Origin: Bdellovibrionales bacterium
GTDB taxonomy: Bacteria; Bdellovibrionota; Bdellovibrionia; Bdellovibrionales; JAGQZY01
Length of the DNA stretch: 64,000 nucleotides
Reading direction: 5' to 3'
Assembly: GCA_964230645.1 (NCBI GenBank)
Contig: CAXRHT010000002.1
Span: 320,001-384,000 of the forward strand
Shown here: piece by piece, positions 49,828 through 59,687 of the stretch
Position numbering within the stretch: position 1 is the stretch's first letter
Layout of the letters: the number at the start of each line of letters is the position of its first letter
Made by a program: the position numbers and the translations under genes
The notes under the pieces: generated by a model
Databases searched by the model: none
Told to the model about the DNA's origin: nothing
Seen by the model: the letters and a program-made list of their open reading frames with translations, nothing else

Positions 49828-50096
49828 GTGATTTTTAGGCTGCGAAACTCTTCATGGCGGTCCATGAAGTCGGCAACGTAGGAACAACTGGGATAAACTT
49901 TTTTTCCCGTTGATTTGGCGAATTCAAGAGCGGCTTGGGCGAGCTTACCGGCGATCCCCTGGCCCCTTTGCTTTCTCGGCACATAAGTTTGGAAGATTTC
50001 TAATTTATCTTCCCCTAAATCTCTGTATTTTAAAAAAGCTAAATCTTGGCCAAACTTTAAAAAGAATTTATTTTTTTCCGAATTGTGCTTAATCAT
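49824..50096 (-). CDS. GNAT N-acetyltransferase (YjdJ-like)
   Basis: TYVP...RGQGIA..L; PSCSYV. Confidence 0.9.
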   Translation of the reverse strand: MIKHNSEKNKFFLKFGQDLAFLKYRDLGEDKLEIFQTYVPRKQRGQGIAGKLAQAALEFAKSTGKKVYPSCSYVADFMDRHEEFRSLKIT

Positions 50097-50251
50097 CCAT
50101 CCTTCCTGGGAAAAGTATTATGTTACGCCTGAAAATAGACTAAATAATAAGGTCAAACCTTCTATTAAACATAAACAGGAATTAAAGAAATTGTGTAGGA
50201 AAATACTGATATTACCACCTTCTCGAATAGAATAAGCACTGAGTAGTAATA

Positions 50252-51070
50252 TTAGTAGTAGCGCGGCATTTCGATACTATTCGGATTCTGAGAACCAGAG
50301 CGCATAAAAGTGTCCATGGGAGAATTAGGATTAGCGAGCATATTATTGAGACCGCCCATCCAACCGTTAACAAAGTTGAGCATTCCAGCCTGGTTGTCTC
50401 CTGAGATCATTTCAAAAGCCAATTGCATCTCTTGGCGTCGGTTGCGCATATAATTCGTACTGGGCTCCTCGGCGTCTTCAGAAAAAAGGCGATACTCTGT
50501 CGTTTCGAAAGAGTCGCTAAAATCCACTCGGTTAGCGGCATTAGCCTCATCATCTTCCTCTTCTTGATCTTCACCCACTCCACCCCAGTCGCCTGTGTTA
50601 GTATCTTCAGGAACATGGAAAGTACGAGGCTCTGGCGCTTCATAACTTTGCTCACCGAGAGGCGAAACCGTCGTTTCTGAGGCAAAACTTCTAAGGCTCT
50701 GGCTGATTTTTGCTTGTTTGTTTTTAAGTCTAAGACCAAATTTAGTTAGTACGGCTTTTTTAAATATATTGGAGTGTTTCACCTCTTGTTCGGAAAAGGC
50801 GATTCCGTTGAGTCTAATATAAACATCTTCTGTACCAACAAAATCAAAACGCAGATATACGCCTTTGTAGCGAAAGGCTAAGGATTGCCCTTGGGCTTTG
50901 ATGTCAGTGATCGGGACTCCTTTTTCAGCCGCACTCATTTGCTTGGCATAAGAAGGGTTGAATCGACTCATAAACTCGAAAGCTGACATCTTCTTCCCTT
51001 CACTTCGCGCTGTGAAAGCAGAAAGTCCAAGGAACATTAAAATGATAAAAACAACTCTAAACTTCTTCAT
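50252..51070 (-). CDS. Secreted hypothetical protein with acidic tract
   Basis: GGAG RBS before MKKFRVV; signal peptide. Confidence 0.8.
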   Translation of the reverse strand: MKKFRVVFIILMFLGLSAFTARSEGKKMSAFEFMSRFNPSYAKQMSAAEKGVPITDIKAQGQSLAFRYKGVYLRFDFVGTEDVYIRLNGIAFSEQEVKHSNIFKKAVLTKFGLRLKNKQAKISQSLRSFASETTVSPLGEQSYEAPEPRTFHVPEDTNTGDWGGVGEDQEEEDDEANAANRVDFSDSFETTEYRLFSEDAEEPSTNYMRNRRQEMQLAFEMISGDNQAGMLNFVNGWMGGLNNMLANPNSPMDTFMRSGSQNPNSIEMPRYY

Positions 51071-51091
51071 AGTGTCTCCACCCTTTTGAAG

Positions 51092-51107
51092 AGCAAAAAC
51101 AAGACCA
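51092..51107 (-). promoter_or_regulatory. Possible sigma54 promoter
   Basis: Minus-strand TGGTCTTGTTTTTGCT (GG-N10-GC) upstream of the RBS. Confidence 0.35.
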
Positions 51108-51331
51108 CTAAGAATCAATTTATTTCGTTATGAGACACCTGGAAGCCCCTTAATCTCTCGATGAGACAATTTGCGGCAGTCCTTTGTAGTTTTTATACAC
51201 GCTACGCCTTGGGCCTGTTCCTAAAGATTTAAGTCATCACCTCGTTCAAGAATGCAACAATCATGCTCCCAAGTTGAGCAAGATTTGGAATTAAATGGCG
51301 TTCTCATTAAGAGGGTGATAGCCTAATCGTA

Positions 51332-52900
51332 ATGAAAATTCAGCGCGAGGGCTCGCAAACAGTGAAACTGGGCACAGTTGCGCCCTTGTGGATAGCCTTA
51401 TTGGCACTCTCTCTTGTACTAGTAGTTTCAAGTGCTAAAGCGCAATTCATTCCCTTTTCCATGTGGCAACAACAAGACACTCAGACCAATGTCACTTGGC
51501 CTGATTTTCTTGGTTACAGCGAAAGCAAAACTTTTTCCGATATCTCTACGAGTATTTCGGTGGAACTCTCAGCTTCCTACAATGTCGGCACACCAACTAT
51601 CGAATTTCAAAAAAACTCCGAAGCTTGGACAGCTTTTACCCCGGGCTCACCCGCCACTGAAAATTTTAACGTTGACGACACCCTAAGATTTCGAGTGGTG
51701 GGCAATAAATTTGACTCAGCTGATATCACTGTCACGAACACCACAACAGGCAGTGCTGTTATCGACACCCTACAGGGCTCTTCGTTTTCTGGTTTTCAGA
51801 TGGAGGTTGTGACAAGTAATTCGGGAGTGAGCGGAAGCAATCAATTCCAACTGCCTCTGGTCAGTGGCGCCACCTATAATTTTGAAGTGGATTGGGGCGA
51901 TGGCAGTCACGATGTGATCACAGCCTTTAATGATCCTGAAGCTCTTCACACCTACCCTTCTTCTGGTGCTTACACCATAAATATCCGTGGCACTCTGGAG
52001 CGTTTGTACTTTAATAATGGAGGGGATGCCGCAAAACTTACCGACATTAGCTCATGGGGTGAGATTTCTTGGTCGAGTATGGACAGCGCTTTTTACGGCT
52101 GCAGTAACCTTAATGTCACCGCCTCCGACGCGCCTGATTTATCCTCTGTGACCGAGCTTTCAAGTATGTTTTGGGGAGCGACCTCCCTGGTTGGAACCGC
52201 AGCCTTTAATACTTGGAACACCTCAAACGTTACTGATTTCCAGGATTTGTTTCGTGAAGCCAGTTCCTTCAATCAAAATATCGGTTCATGGGATATGTCG
52301 AGTACTGTTCATGCCCACGGCATGTTTCGTGAGGCCACTTCTTTCAACCAAGATATTGGAGGCTGGACCTTTTCAACCGATCTGCGAGGAACTGGTGAGA
52401 TGTTCAGAGGTGCCACAGCCTTCAACCAAAACATAAACGCTTGGAATGTCGCCGATGCGACGAATATGAATCAAATGTTTCGAGACGCTGTTTCGTTTAA
52501 TCAACCCCTAAGCTCCTGGGACGTTTCCAGAAATCAACGCTTTAACTATATGTTCAAAGGCGCTACAAACTTTAATCAAGACATTAGCTCCTGGAACACT
52601 TCGAGCGCGATCACTTTTGAAAATATGTTTCAAGATGCCGTCAATTTTAACCAGAATATCGGCTCTTGGGACACCTCTTTAGTAGAAAACATGAAACAGG
52701 TTTTTGATGGTGCCTCAGCCTTCAATCAACCCATAGGAGGCTGGAATACAGCCTTGGTCACCACTATGGAACGAATGTTCCGTGATGCTTCCGTTTTCAA
52801 TGCCGACTGTAGTGGCTGGAACACTACTAATGTCACGAACTCGACGGATTTCGACCAGAATGCCTCAGCATGGCAGGCAGGAAATAAACCCACCTTCTAA
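51332..52900 (+). CDS. BspA-type / DUF285 repeat surface protein with PKD-like domain
   Basis: VDWGDG; about nine 25-aa repeats MF..A..FNQ.I..W.TS; signal then AQFIPFSMW. Confidence 0.9.
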   Translation: MKIQREGSQTVKLGTVAPLWIALLALSLVLVVSSAKAQFIPFSMWQQQDTQTNVTWPDFLGYSESKTFSDISTSISVELSASYNVGTPTIEFQKNSEAWTAFTPGSPATENFNVDDTLRFRVVGNKFDSADITVTNTTTGSAVIDTLQGSSFSGFQMEVVTSNSGVSGSNQFQLPLVSGATYNFEVDWGDGSHDVITAFNDPEALHTYPSSGAYTINIRGTLERLYFNNGGDAAKLTDISSWGEISWSSMDSAFYGCSNLNVTASDAPDLSSVTELSSMFWGATSLVGTAAFNTWNTSNVTDFQDLFREASSFNQNIGSWDMSSTVHAHGMFREATSFNQDIGGWTFSTDLRGTGEMFRGATAFNQNINAWNVADATNMNQMFRDAVSFNQPLSSWDVSRNQRFNYMFKGATNFNQDISSWNTSSAITFENMFQDAVNFNQNIGSWDTSLVENMKQVFDGASAFNQPIGGWNTALVTTMERMFRDASVFNADCSGWNTTNVTNSTDFDQNASAWQAGNKPTF

Positions 52901-53769
52901 TTTAACTGAGACAAATAAAGCCAAAGGGCTTTCTTCTCCATATCACTAAACTGCTTTAGTAGGTTCACTGGCATGGGGGCGCGAATGTTTTTTCCAGTCA
53001 AAGGAGAAACACCCGTCTCCATCATTTGATAGAACTTCTCTTCTGTCCACTGGGGTTGAGCTCCGAACCTAATGCTGGTTGCCTCGGGCCAAGAAGGGTC
53101 ACCACCAGGAATAGCTCCACCGCGATAATCACTTCCATGGCATCCTACACAGGTTTTGGCGAGATACTCTCCAAATTCGAGGCTTGCGGCCTCTTCAGGC
53201 TTATCGGCAAAACCCTTTTTCATGTCGATATGATGGGCAGGAAACATCACCGGCATTTTATTCAAACTCGCAAGGATTCTCGCCACAGGGCCAAAATGAT
53301 TTTCAGGACTTGGCTTTGGTACACTTTCTACACTTCGTATATAAGCAATTAAAGCAGCCGTATCCGATTTACTAAGAGCTTCGTAGTCAAATGAAGGCAT
53401 GAATTTCAAAGATCGGCCCGTAGGATGAACTCCGTAGCGGATAGCCTGCGCGATTTCTTCATCACTCCACTGCTCCAAGTTGAAAGGCGTTATATTGGCA
53501 CCGTGTATCGTCCCCATCGCAGGGGCATCCATCACCAGAACTCCAGCTAGGTCCTCTCCGTGACAATCGATACATCCATTCCGGACGGCATAAATTCTCT
53601 GCCCCAGCTTTCGATCGGCTTTTTTAACCTCCTCGGTTATCGAAAAATCTCGAAGCTCATCACTGAAGTCATGATTTCCAAGGCTTTGAAACTGATAAAA
53701 AACAAATGCCGAAAAAATGACTAGAACAATAAACAGGCTCGCCAATAGACAGACGATAATTTTCTTCAT
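52897..53769 (-). CDS. Membrane-anchored di-heme cytochrome c
   Basis: CIDCHG.DL.G, NITP, MP; CVGCHG, MP. Confidence 0.9.
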   Translation of the reverse strand: MKKIIVCLLASLFIVLVIFSAFVFYQFQSLGNHDFSDELRDFSITEEVKKADRKLGQRIYAVRNGCIDCHGEDLAGVLVMDAPAMGTIHGANITPFNLEQWSDEEIAQAIRYGVHPTGRSLKFMPSFDYEALSKSDTAALIAYIRSVESVPKPSPENHFGPVARILASLNKMPVMFPAHHIDMKKGFADKPEEAASLEFGEYLAKTCVGCHGSDYRGGAIPGGDPSWPEATSIRFGAQPQWTEEKFYQMMETGVSPLTGKNIRAPMPVNLLKQFSDMEKKALWLYLSQLN

Positions 53770-53840
53770 CGATTCCCTCAATTTTAGATTTTCCAAAATT
53801 TTAGGACAAAGAGTTTAGAGAATCTATCATTAAATTATCT

Positions 53841-54341
53841 CTAGAGATGCCCCGTGAAACACTGCACCCATTTATTGCCGCTCATGCCGATCCCTGAGTA
53901 CCTAAGGTTGGGATTGAGGATATTAGCACGGTGACCGCTGGAGCTCATCCAAGCTTCCACCACCTGGAGAACCTCGGAGCCGGTGGCAATATTTTCTGCT
54001 CGAAAACCACCAATCCCAAAGCGATCCATGCGCTCTGAAAAAGTTTCTCCAGGGCTGTCATGGGAAAAATAGCCGAATTCGTTCATATGTTCGGCATGAT
54101 ACTGGGCCGCCTGCACACAATTTGTGGAAGGAGAAAAAGGCTCCAAGCCGCGCGAGACTCTCTCCTCATTGATCAACTGGTGCATTTCACACTCTCGCTC
54201 ACCCATCTCAGCACAAAGTAAGCGTCCAGACTCCGAGTACTCCCCTTCGGATTGCAACTCATGAGTGCCTGAGCAACCCAAAAAAATTATTAAACTACTA
54301 AGTAACAAAACAAAAACTTTCACAACTGAGAAGAATTGCAA
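53841..54341 (-). CDS. CAP (SCP) domain lipoprotein
   Basis: FLGC lipobox; IN.ER, H...M....YFSH, ENIA, W..S.GH..N.L. Confidence 0.92.
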   Translation of the reverse strand: MQFFSVVKVFVLLLSSLIIFLGCSGTHELQSEGEYSESGRLLCAEMGERECEMHQLINEERVSRGLEPFSPSTNCVQAAQYHAEHMNEFGYFSHDSPGETFSERMDRFGIGGFRAENIATGSEVLQVVEAWMSSSGHRANILNPNLRYSGIGMSGNKWVQCFTGHL

Positions 54342-54511
54342 AAACCATTCTCAAAAACGAGAGCTCAATTGGCTTTATTTTCGAATTGAAGGAAGTTTTT
54401 CTCCCTTTTTTGTCTAATGAAAAAAGAGAAGACAAAAAAAGCCAAACAGTTCTCATAAGTTTGGACATTTTATTTTGATTAATCGCAGGAAAGTGCCTAC
54501 CTTAGGAATCT

Positions 54512-55702
54512 ATGAATTTTAGCTTCAGTGATCTTTTGCTTTTTTCGGGAATTTTCCTTTTCTTAGGAATCATTGTGACCAAACCCTCCCAGCGTTTTGG
54601 TTTCCCTGCCTTGATTATCTATATGGCCGTTGGATTTGTTTTCGGAAATGGTGGTGAATACGACTTTCTTTTCGATTTTCCAGAAGCGGTCAGCGCCTAC
54701 AGCCAACTTGCCATAGGCTTTATTGTTTTCATTGGAGGGCTTTCTACCTCCATGGATAAAATCCGCTGCTCTTGGAAAGAGGGAGTTTCACTGGCCAGTG
54801 TCGGAGTTTTTGTGACCACCCTTCTTGTAGCCGCCTTCACTTCCGTCTTCTTGGGATACAGCCTAGAGGTGGGCCTTCTTATTGGAGCGGTTTTATCGGC
54901 CACCGATTCGGCCGCAGTTTACGCTATTCTTGAATCTAAAAAACTTAAGCTCAAAGAAAATACGGCCGAAACCCTGGAGCTTGAATCCTCCACCAATGAT
55001 CCCATGGCTTTTTTCCTGACCCTCGCACTGACCCTTGTGCTTGCTCAAGGTCAGGGAGTGGGCTGGCATTTACTTCTTCCCTTTTTACAGCAAACAGCTT
55101 TTGGTTTTTTCCTTGGAATTCTGTTCGGCTCTTTTTTCTCCTACCTTCTTGACCGCCTCAATTTAGAAACCCCAGGTCTTTATCCTGTCCTAATATTGTC
55201 TATGTGTTTTGTTCTTTTAGGCCTCTCCCCTCTGATTAATGCCAACTCGCTGCTGGCACTTTTTGTGGCTGGAGTTTTGATACGAAAAAATCTTAACTTT
55301 GAAAAATTAAAATTTGATAGTTTCTTTGAAAGCCTGTCTTGGTTGATGAGGATTTCACTTTTTATGGTTTTGGGACTTCAAGCCGACCCCCCACGTATGC
55401 TAGAGAATATCGGCATCTCCTTATCTATCACTTTGTTTTTAATTTTTATCGGCCGACCCATTGCTGTTTTTGCCAGTCTTGTCTTTTCTAAATCAAGTTT
55501 TAATAAAAAACTTTTTATCTCTTGGGTGGGCTTGAGAGGGGCTACTCCCATTGCCTTTGCACTCATTCCATTAACCTACGATCTTGAAATCGGAGACTTT
55601 CTCTTTGATGTGGCCTTTCAAGTGGTATGTTTGTCTGTCTTTTTACAGAGTGCCTCTTTAGATTGGATGGCCAGAAAACTTAAGCTCGTGCAATCGGCAT
55701 AA
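54512..55702 (+). CDS. K+/H+ antiporter (NhaP2/CvrA-like, membrane domain only)
   Basis: F.GGL.T, SATD.AAV, LELES.TNDP, W.GLRGA.PI. Confidence 0.9.
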   Translation: MNFSFSDLLLFSGIFLFLGIIVTKPSQRFGFPALIIYMAVGFVFGNGGEYDFLFDFPEAVSAYSQLAIGFIVFIGGLSTSMDKIRCSWKEGVSLASVGVFVTTLLVAAFTSVFLGYSLEVGLLIGAVLSATDSAAVYAILESKKLKLKENTAETLELESSTNDPMAFFLTLALTLVLAQGQGVGWHLLLPFLQQTAFGFFLGILFGSFFSYLLDRLNLETPGLYPVLILSMCFVLLGLSPLINANSLLALFVAGVLIRKNLNFEKLKFDSFFESLSWLMRISLFMVLGLQADPPRMLENIGISLSITLFLIFIGRPIAVFASLVFSKSSFNKKLFISWVGLRGATPIAFALIPLTYDLEIGDFLFDVAFQVVCLSVFLQSASLDWMARKLKLVQSA

Positions 55703-55730
55703 AAAAAGGAGCTTTTAAAAAGCTCCTTTT
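55701..55730. terminator. Bidirectional terminator
   Basis: AAAAAAAGGAGCTTTT-AAAAAGCTCCTTTT between convergent genes. Confidence 0.8.
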
Positions 55731-55768
55731 GCATAACTTAAAAAGGTTAAATTCTAATAGAGATGACT

Positions 55769-58237
55769 CTACCCCTCATAATCAGTTGGGAAAGCCACCT
55801 CTCCTCTGCGAGCAAGATATTGCTCTTGAGTGAATGAATCCACTTGGATGGCGTCATTACGCATTTCCTGAGCTTTGCTGAGAGTCTCATACTCCTCTTG
55901 AGTGATAACCTTTTTCTCTAAAGCAAGCTCAATGAGCTTGGCCACTCTTTGTTTGGGAAGAGTTTTGGCTTTCACAGCGTTTCTAATTTTCTTCTCAATG
56001 GACTCGGCCTTTTTCACCATTTTAAAAGTGTTATCCAAACGAGTTAGAGCATCTTTTGGATTCTTTGACATAAAGATTCCCTGAGTCAGGCGATCTCTTT
56101 GCTCAGAGTCCTGTTGGATAAGTTTTGCTACTTGATGAGAGACTTTATCGGAAGTGTCGCCAGTGAGAGCATTAAAGCGCGTCCACCATGTGATCGGTCC
56201 TCTAAACAACCACCCCAGCCCTGGAACAGGAAGGTTCTCAAAAATCCCCTCAAAGGATCTTTGAATCTCCTGAAAACCGTAATCCACAGCGAACTGAACC
56301 ACAGGAAGGTCTTCTTTCTTGCGGCCCTCTTCTTCAAAGCGACGTAGCACACAGGTGTTCAAATACATCCAACCTAAAATATCGGCGTATCGTCCGGTCA
56401 ACTTTCCTTTTGTTTTTAGGCCTCCTCCGAGAGTTCCCATAGCAACATCAGACATAAGTGCAAACACAGCCGAAGACCAAGCCAATTTCTGATAAGCCCT
56501 TTTCATGGGCCCACCAGGAGTGGAGACTAAATATCCACGAGTGATAGAAAGGAGAATGGTTCGACATAAGTTTGCAACCACATGTCCCACATGCCCCCAG
56601 AAAGCCTTATCAAAACCTTTCAGGTCGTTGTTTTCAACGGCTGATACTTCTTTATAGGCGTAAGGGTGAGCTCTCAGAGCCCCTTGACCGAAGATGATCA
56701 AAGTACGGGTCATAATGTTGGCCCCTTCAACTGTAATCCCAATGGGGGCTGCGATATAGGGGTGAGCCATTACGTTTCTTGGACCACGAGAGATCCCCGC
56801 TCCTCCAAGAATATCCATGGAATCATTGACCACCTTTCTCATCATTTCAGTGCTGTAGTACTTAGCAATCGCGGTCACAACAGGAGATTTTACCCCACTA
56901 TCAATGGAGCCTGCGGTAAAAATACGACACGATTCCATAATGTAGTTCATACCCACAATGCGAGCCAGAGCCTCTTCCACTCCCTCAAACTTCCCAACAG
57001 GAAGACCAAACTGCTTTCTATTGGTGGCATGGGCTGAAACGGCACGGCTAGCAAATTTACCCGCACCGGCTGATTGAGATGGTAAGGAAATACCGCGACC
57101 AGCCGTGAGGCAATCCATCAGCATGCCCCAACCTTTTCCACAGCCATCAATTCCACCAACAACCACATCTTCAATGGCCACTTCAACGTTTTCCCCTTGA
57201 GTGGGACAGTTGAAAAACGGCACGCCGAGAGGATCGTGGCGCTCGCCTGTAATTACCCCTTTGGTGTCTGTCGAGATCAATGCACAGGTGATTCCAACAT
57301 CTTCTCCTTTACCGAGAAGATTTTCCGGATCTCTTAAGCGAAAGGCCACTCCAAGTAAAGTCGACATGGCTGCCAGTGTGATCCAGCGCTTGTTCCAATT
57401 CATGCGGATATAAAGTCGACCATCATCGCCTTTGTAAACGACAGCGTCAGATTGAATGGATCCGGCGTCACTTCCTGCATGGGGTTCTGTGAGAGCAAAA
57501 CAAGGGATCTCGTCACCTACCGCTAGTCGAGGAAGATATTTTTTCTTCTGCTCTGGCGTTCCATAGTTATGAAGAAGTTCAGCAGGCCCCAGGGAGTTTG
57601 GCACCATGATAAAGACACTCAAACCAATCGAACGAGTCGAGAGTTTGCAAATGGCTTCCGAGTGAGCCAAAGCCGAGAATCCAAGACCACCGTCTTCTTC
57701 GGGAATGATCATTCCAAAAAACTTTTCTTTTTTAATAAACTCTAAAGCCTCATCAGTGAATTCTCGGGTCTCCCAAAGTTTCCAATCGTCCACCATTTCA
57801 CAAAGAGCGTCGACTTTTTCGTCCACAATTTTTTGTTCTTTATCAGTGAGTTTGGGAAAGGGCTCTTTTAAGATTTTTTTGAAATCAGGTTTACCTGAGA
57901 AAAGATCACTTTCAATCCATACCACTCCGGCTTCAAGAGCGGTTCTTTCCGTATCAGAAATTTTAGGAATGAGTCCTAAGTTCTTAAAAAGCGAAAGCAC
58001 TCCGGACGAGACCAGAAAACGACGAATGGGAGTATTAAACACCAAAGCGATGACTGCAAAAATAATCAAAGCAACAGGAGGTGCCCCCCACAAATAAAGG
58101 AGACCCAAGGAGACAAGAGTCCAAACAAATAAAGGAGAAGCGAAGTATCCTAAAAACAATAGAACAAGTACACTCAACCCAATAAACCAACCACAATATT
58201 CACCGGCAAAAAATCCGTAGTACATTAAATTTTCCAA
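55769..58237 (-). CDS. fadE: Long-form acyl-CoA dehydrogenase FadE
   Basis: ISDTE..ALEAG, VPNSLGPAELL, CFALT.P.AGSDA, KRWITLA, GRGISLP, ITVEGANI.TR...IFGQGA.R.HPY, I.VD.F. Confidence 0.95.
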   Translation of the reverse strand: MENLMYYGFFAGEYCGWFIGLSVLVLLFLGYFASPLFVWTLVSLGLLYLWGAPPVALIIFAVIALVFNTPIRRFLVSSGVLSLFKNLGLIPKISDTERTALEAGVVWIESDLFSGKPDFKKILKEPFPKLTDKEQKIVDEKVDALCEMVDDWKLWETREFTDEALEFIKKEKFFGMIIPEEDGGLGFSALAHSEAICKLSTRSIGLSVFIMVPNSLGPAELLHNYGTPEQKKKYLPRLAVGDEIPCFALTEPHAGSDAGSIQSDAVVYKGDDGRLYIRMNWNKRWITLAAMSTLLGVAFRLRDPENLLGKGEDVGITCALISTDTKGVITGERHDPLGVPFFNCPTQGENVEVAIEDVVVGGIDGCGKGWGMLMDCLTAGRGISLPSQSAGAGKFASRAVSAHATNRKQFGLPVGKFEGVEEALARIVGMNYIMESCRIFTAGSIDSGVKSPVVTAIAKYYSTEMMRKVVNDSMDILGGAGISRGPRNVMAHPYIAAPIGITVEGANIMTRTLIIFGQGALRAHPYAYKEVSAVENNDLKGFDKAFWGHVGHVVANLCRTILLSITRGYLVSTPGGPMKRAYQKLAWSSAVFALMSDVAMGTLGGGLKTKGKLTGRYADILGWMYLNTCVLRRFEEEGRKKEDLPVVQFAVDYGFQEIQRSFEGIFENLPVPGLGWLFRGPITWWTRFNALTGDTSDKVSHQVAKLIQQDSEQRDRLTQGIFMSKNPKDALTRLDNTFKMVKKAESIEKKIRNAVKAKTLPKQRVAKLIELALEKKVITQEEYETLSKAQEMRNDAIQVDSFTQEQYLARRGEVAFPTDYEG

Positions 58238-58399
58238 AAGTCATTCCTCCTACGACTGCTTCCAATTGTACAACAAATGCTTGGATTGTCAGGTGTTTCG
58301 CAATAGCAAGCTGCATTAGTTACAAGCTATAACAAAACAATTTTCGTGTAAAAAAAGTCACAGATGACGTCACCCTTTTTTTAAAGTAGTTCTCCTTTC

Positions 58400-58804
58400 A
58401 TGAACGTTGTCTGCGCTCTACTCATTCAAAGAGGTCGAGTTCTTTTAGCAAAAAGGCCGGCCCACAAAAACAAAGCCCACCACTGGGAGTTTCCCGGAGG
58501 AAAAATCCATCCGGGCGAAAATGAGATAAAAGCCCTCGCACGAGAACTCCTTGAAGAACTAAAACTCCAGGTTGATGTGAAGAAATTTAAAAAAATAGGA
58601 GATCTTGAGGATAAAAATCTTCGCCTTCACTTTTTCTATTATTTTTTGCAAGAGACCTTGAGCCCCCAAGAGCATTCCTCCCTAGGATGGTTTAAAATCG
58701 AGGACCTTAAAAACCACCGCCTCTGTCCCCTTGACCAAAAAGCCTGCCGTCTCTGGGAGAATTCCTTGAAAAATCTCCTCACCCAGAGCCTTATAGAAAC
58801 TTAA
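58400..58804 (+). CDS. NUDIX hydrolase (MutT/NudG-like)
   Basis: WEFPGGKI..GE....AL.REL.EEL. Confidence 0.92.
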   Translation: MNVVCALLIQRGRVLLAKRPAHKNKAHHWEFPGGKIHPGENEIKALARELLEELKLQVDVKKFKKIGDLEDKNLRLHFFYYFLQETLSPQEHSSLGWFKIEDLKNHRLCPLDQKACRLWENSLKNLLTQSLIET

Positions 58805-59050
58805 TGGTCCACTTTGGCACCATTAAGTATTCTTAATGATACCTCATCTATAAGAATAATTTTTGCTAGAGCTAAAAAATGGTTATAAGAAACTTGTTAA
58901 ACACATTGAAGAAACATTCGTTAGACGGACGTTTTGAAAATGACCCCAACGAGATCCCCCCAATAGATCTCAATTGTTTGTTCTCTCGGTGGTGTCCCCC
59001 ACCGGGAGAGTCCCCTTTCCCCAAAAAAAACAAAACTAACCCCAATCCCC

Positions 59051-59138
59051 AGTATCCAGAATACCGTCTCCGGCATACAGTATCCGGGGAAAATCCTGGA
59101 TCCAGGATACCGGGCCCTGAATCCAGGATCCCGGGAAA
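59051..59138. repeat. Degenerate heptanucleotide tandem repeats
   Basis: AGTATCC AGAATAC CGTCTCC GGCATAC AGTATCC ... TGGATCC AGGATAC CGGGCCC TGAATCC AGGATCC. Confidence 0.75.
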
Positions 59139-59360
59139 ATATCAAGAATGCCGGTCACTGGGGCCGTTAGGTTCCTGACTCAATCCCCGCCACCCCTTTG
59201 ACAGGCCTTAGGACCTAAAGCTTCACTTTCAAAGCCTATCTCCAAATTACCGAGATCTTTGCTTTTTTAACACTCTGTGTTTTTACCTTTAGCCCTCCTC
59301 CCTAGGTCAAGGGGCGATTCTTGCAACTCCTCTAATTTGTGACAAATTTGAGGAGGTCTC

Positions 59361-59564
59361 ATGGACGAGATGACTAGAGAAGAGATAATTAAACGCCACC
59401 GCCGCTACCAGAATTTCATGCGCTCAATCAATTGCTGCCCCCTGTGCTCCAATCCATTGACGCTCATCCATGAAATCGATGAAGAAGAGGAAACGATCAA
59501 GGAAACGGCCCATTGCGATCAGTGTGATCTAGAAACCCGTAGGAAGGATCACTCACGCCATTGA
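59361..59564 (+). CDS. Small zinc-ribbon protein
   Basis: GAGGAGG RBS; CPLC...CDQC. Confidence 0.8.
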   Translation: MDEMTREEIIKRHRRYQNFMRSINCCPLCSNPLTLIHEIDEEEETIKETAHCDQCDLETRRKDHSRH

Positions 59565-59687
59565 TATTTCAACAATCATTTTATAGGCCTTCTCAATAAG
59601 AAGGCCTCCCCTTCCCCTGTAAGAGTCCACTGGGCCTCTACACTTTCTGCCTTGCCAGATTCCCAGTGAATCTTTAAACTCCCATCC

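Noticed and set aside
50101..50128. dif-like site (TTATGTTACGC)
   Set aside because: Only a partial XerD-arm match and no XerC arm.
33200..52900. Convergent genes with overlapping stop codons (33200-33203, 49824-49827, 52897-52900)
   Set aside because: Common in compact bacterial genomes; no sign of special function.
58879..59178. 99-aa ORF (and antisense 58921..59145)
   Set aside because: The PGSRIPGPESRIPG periodicity is just translated heptamer repeats, and there is no clear RBS.
59309..59325. Sigma54 promoter before the zinc-ribbon gene
   Set aside because: GG-N10-GC spacing is present, but the -24 element lacks TGGC; too weak to call.
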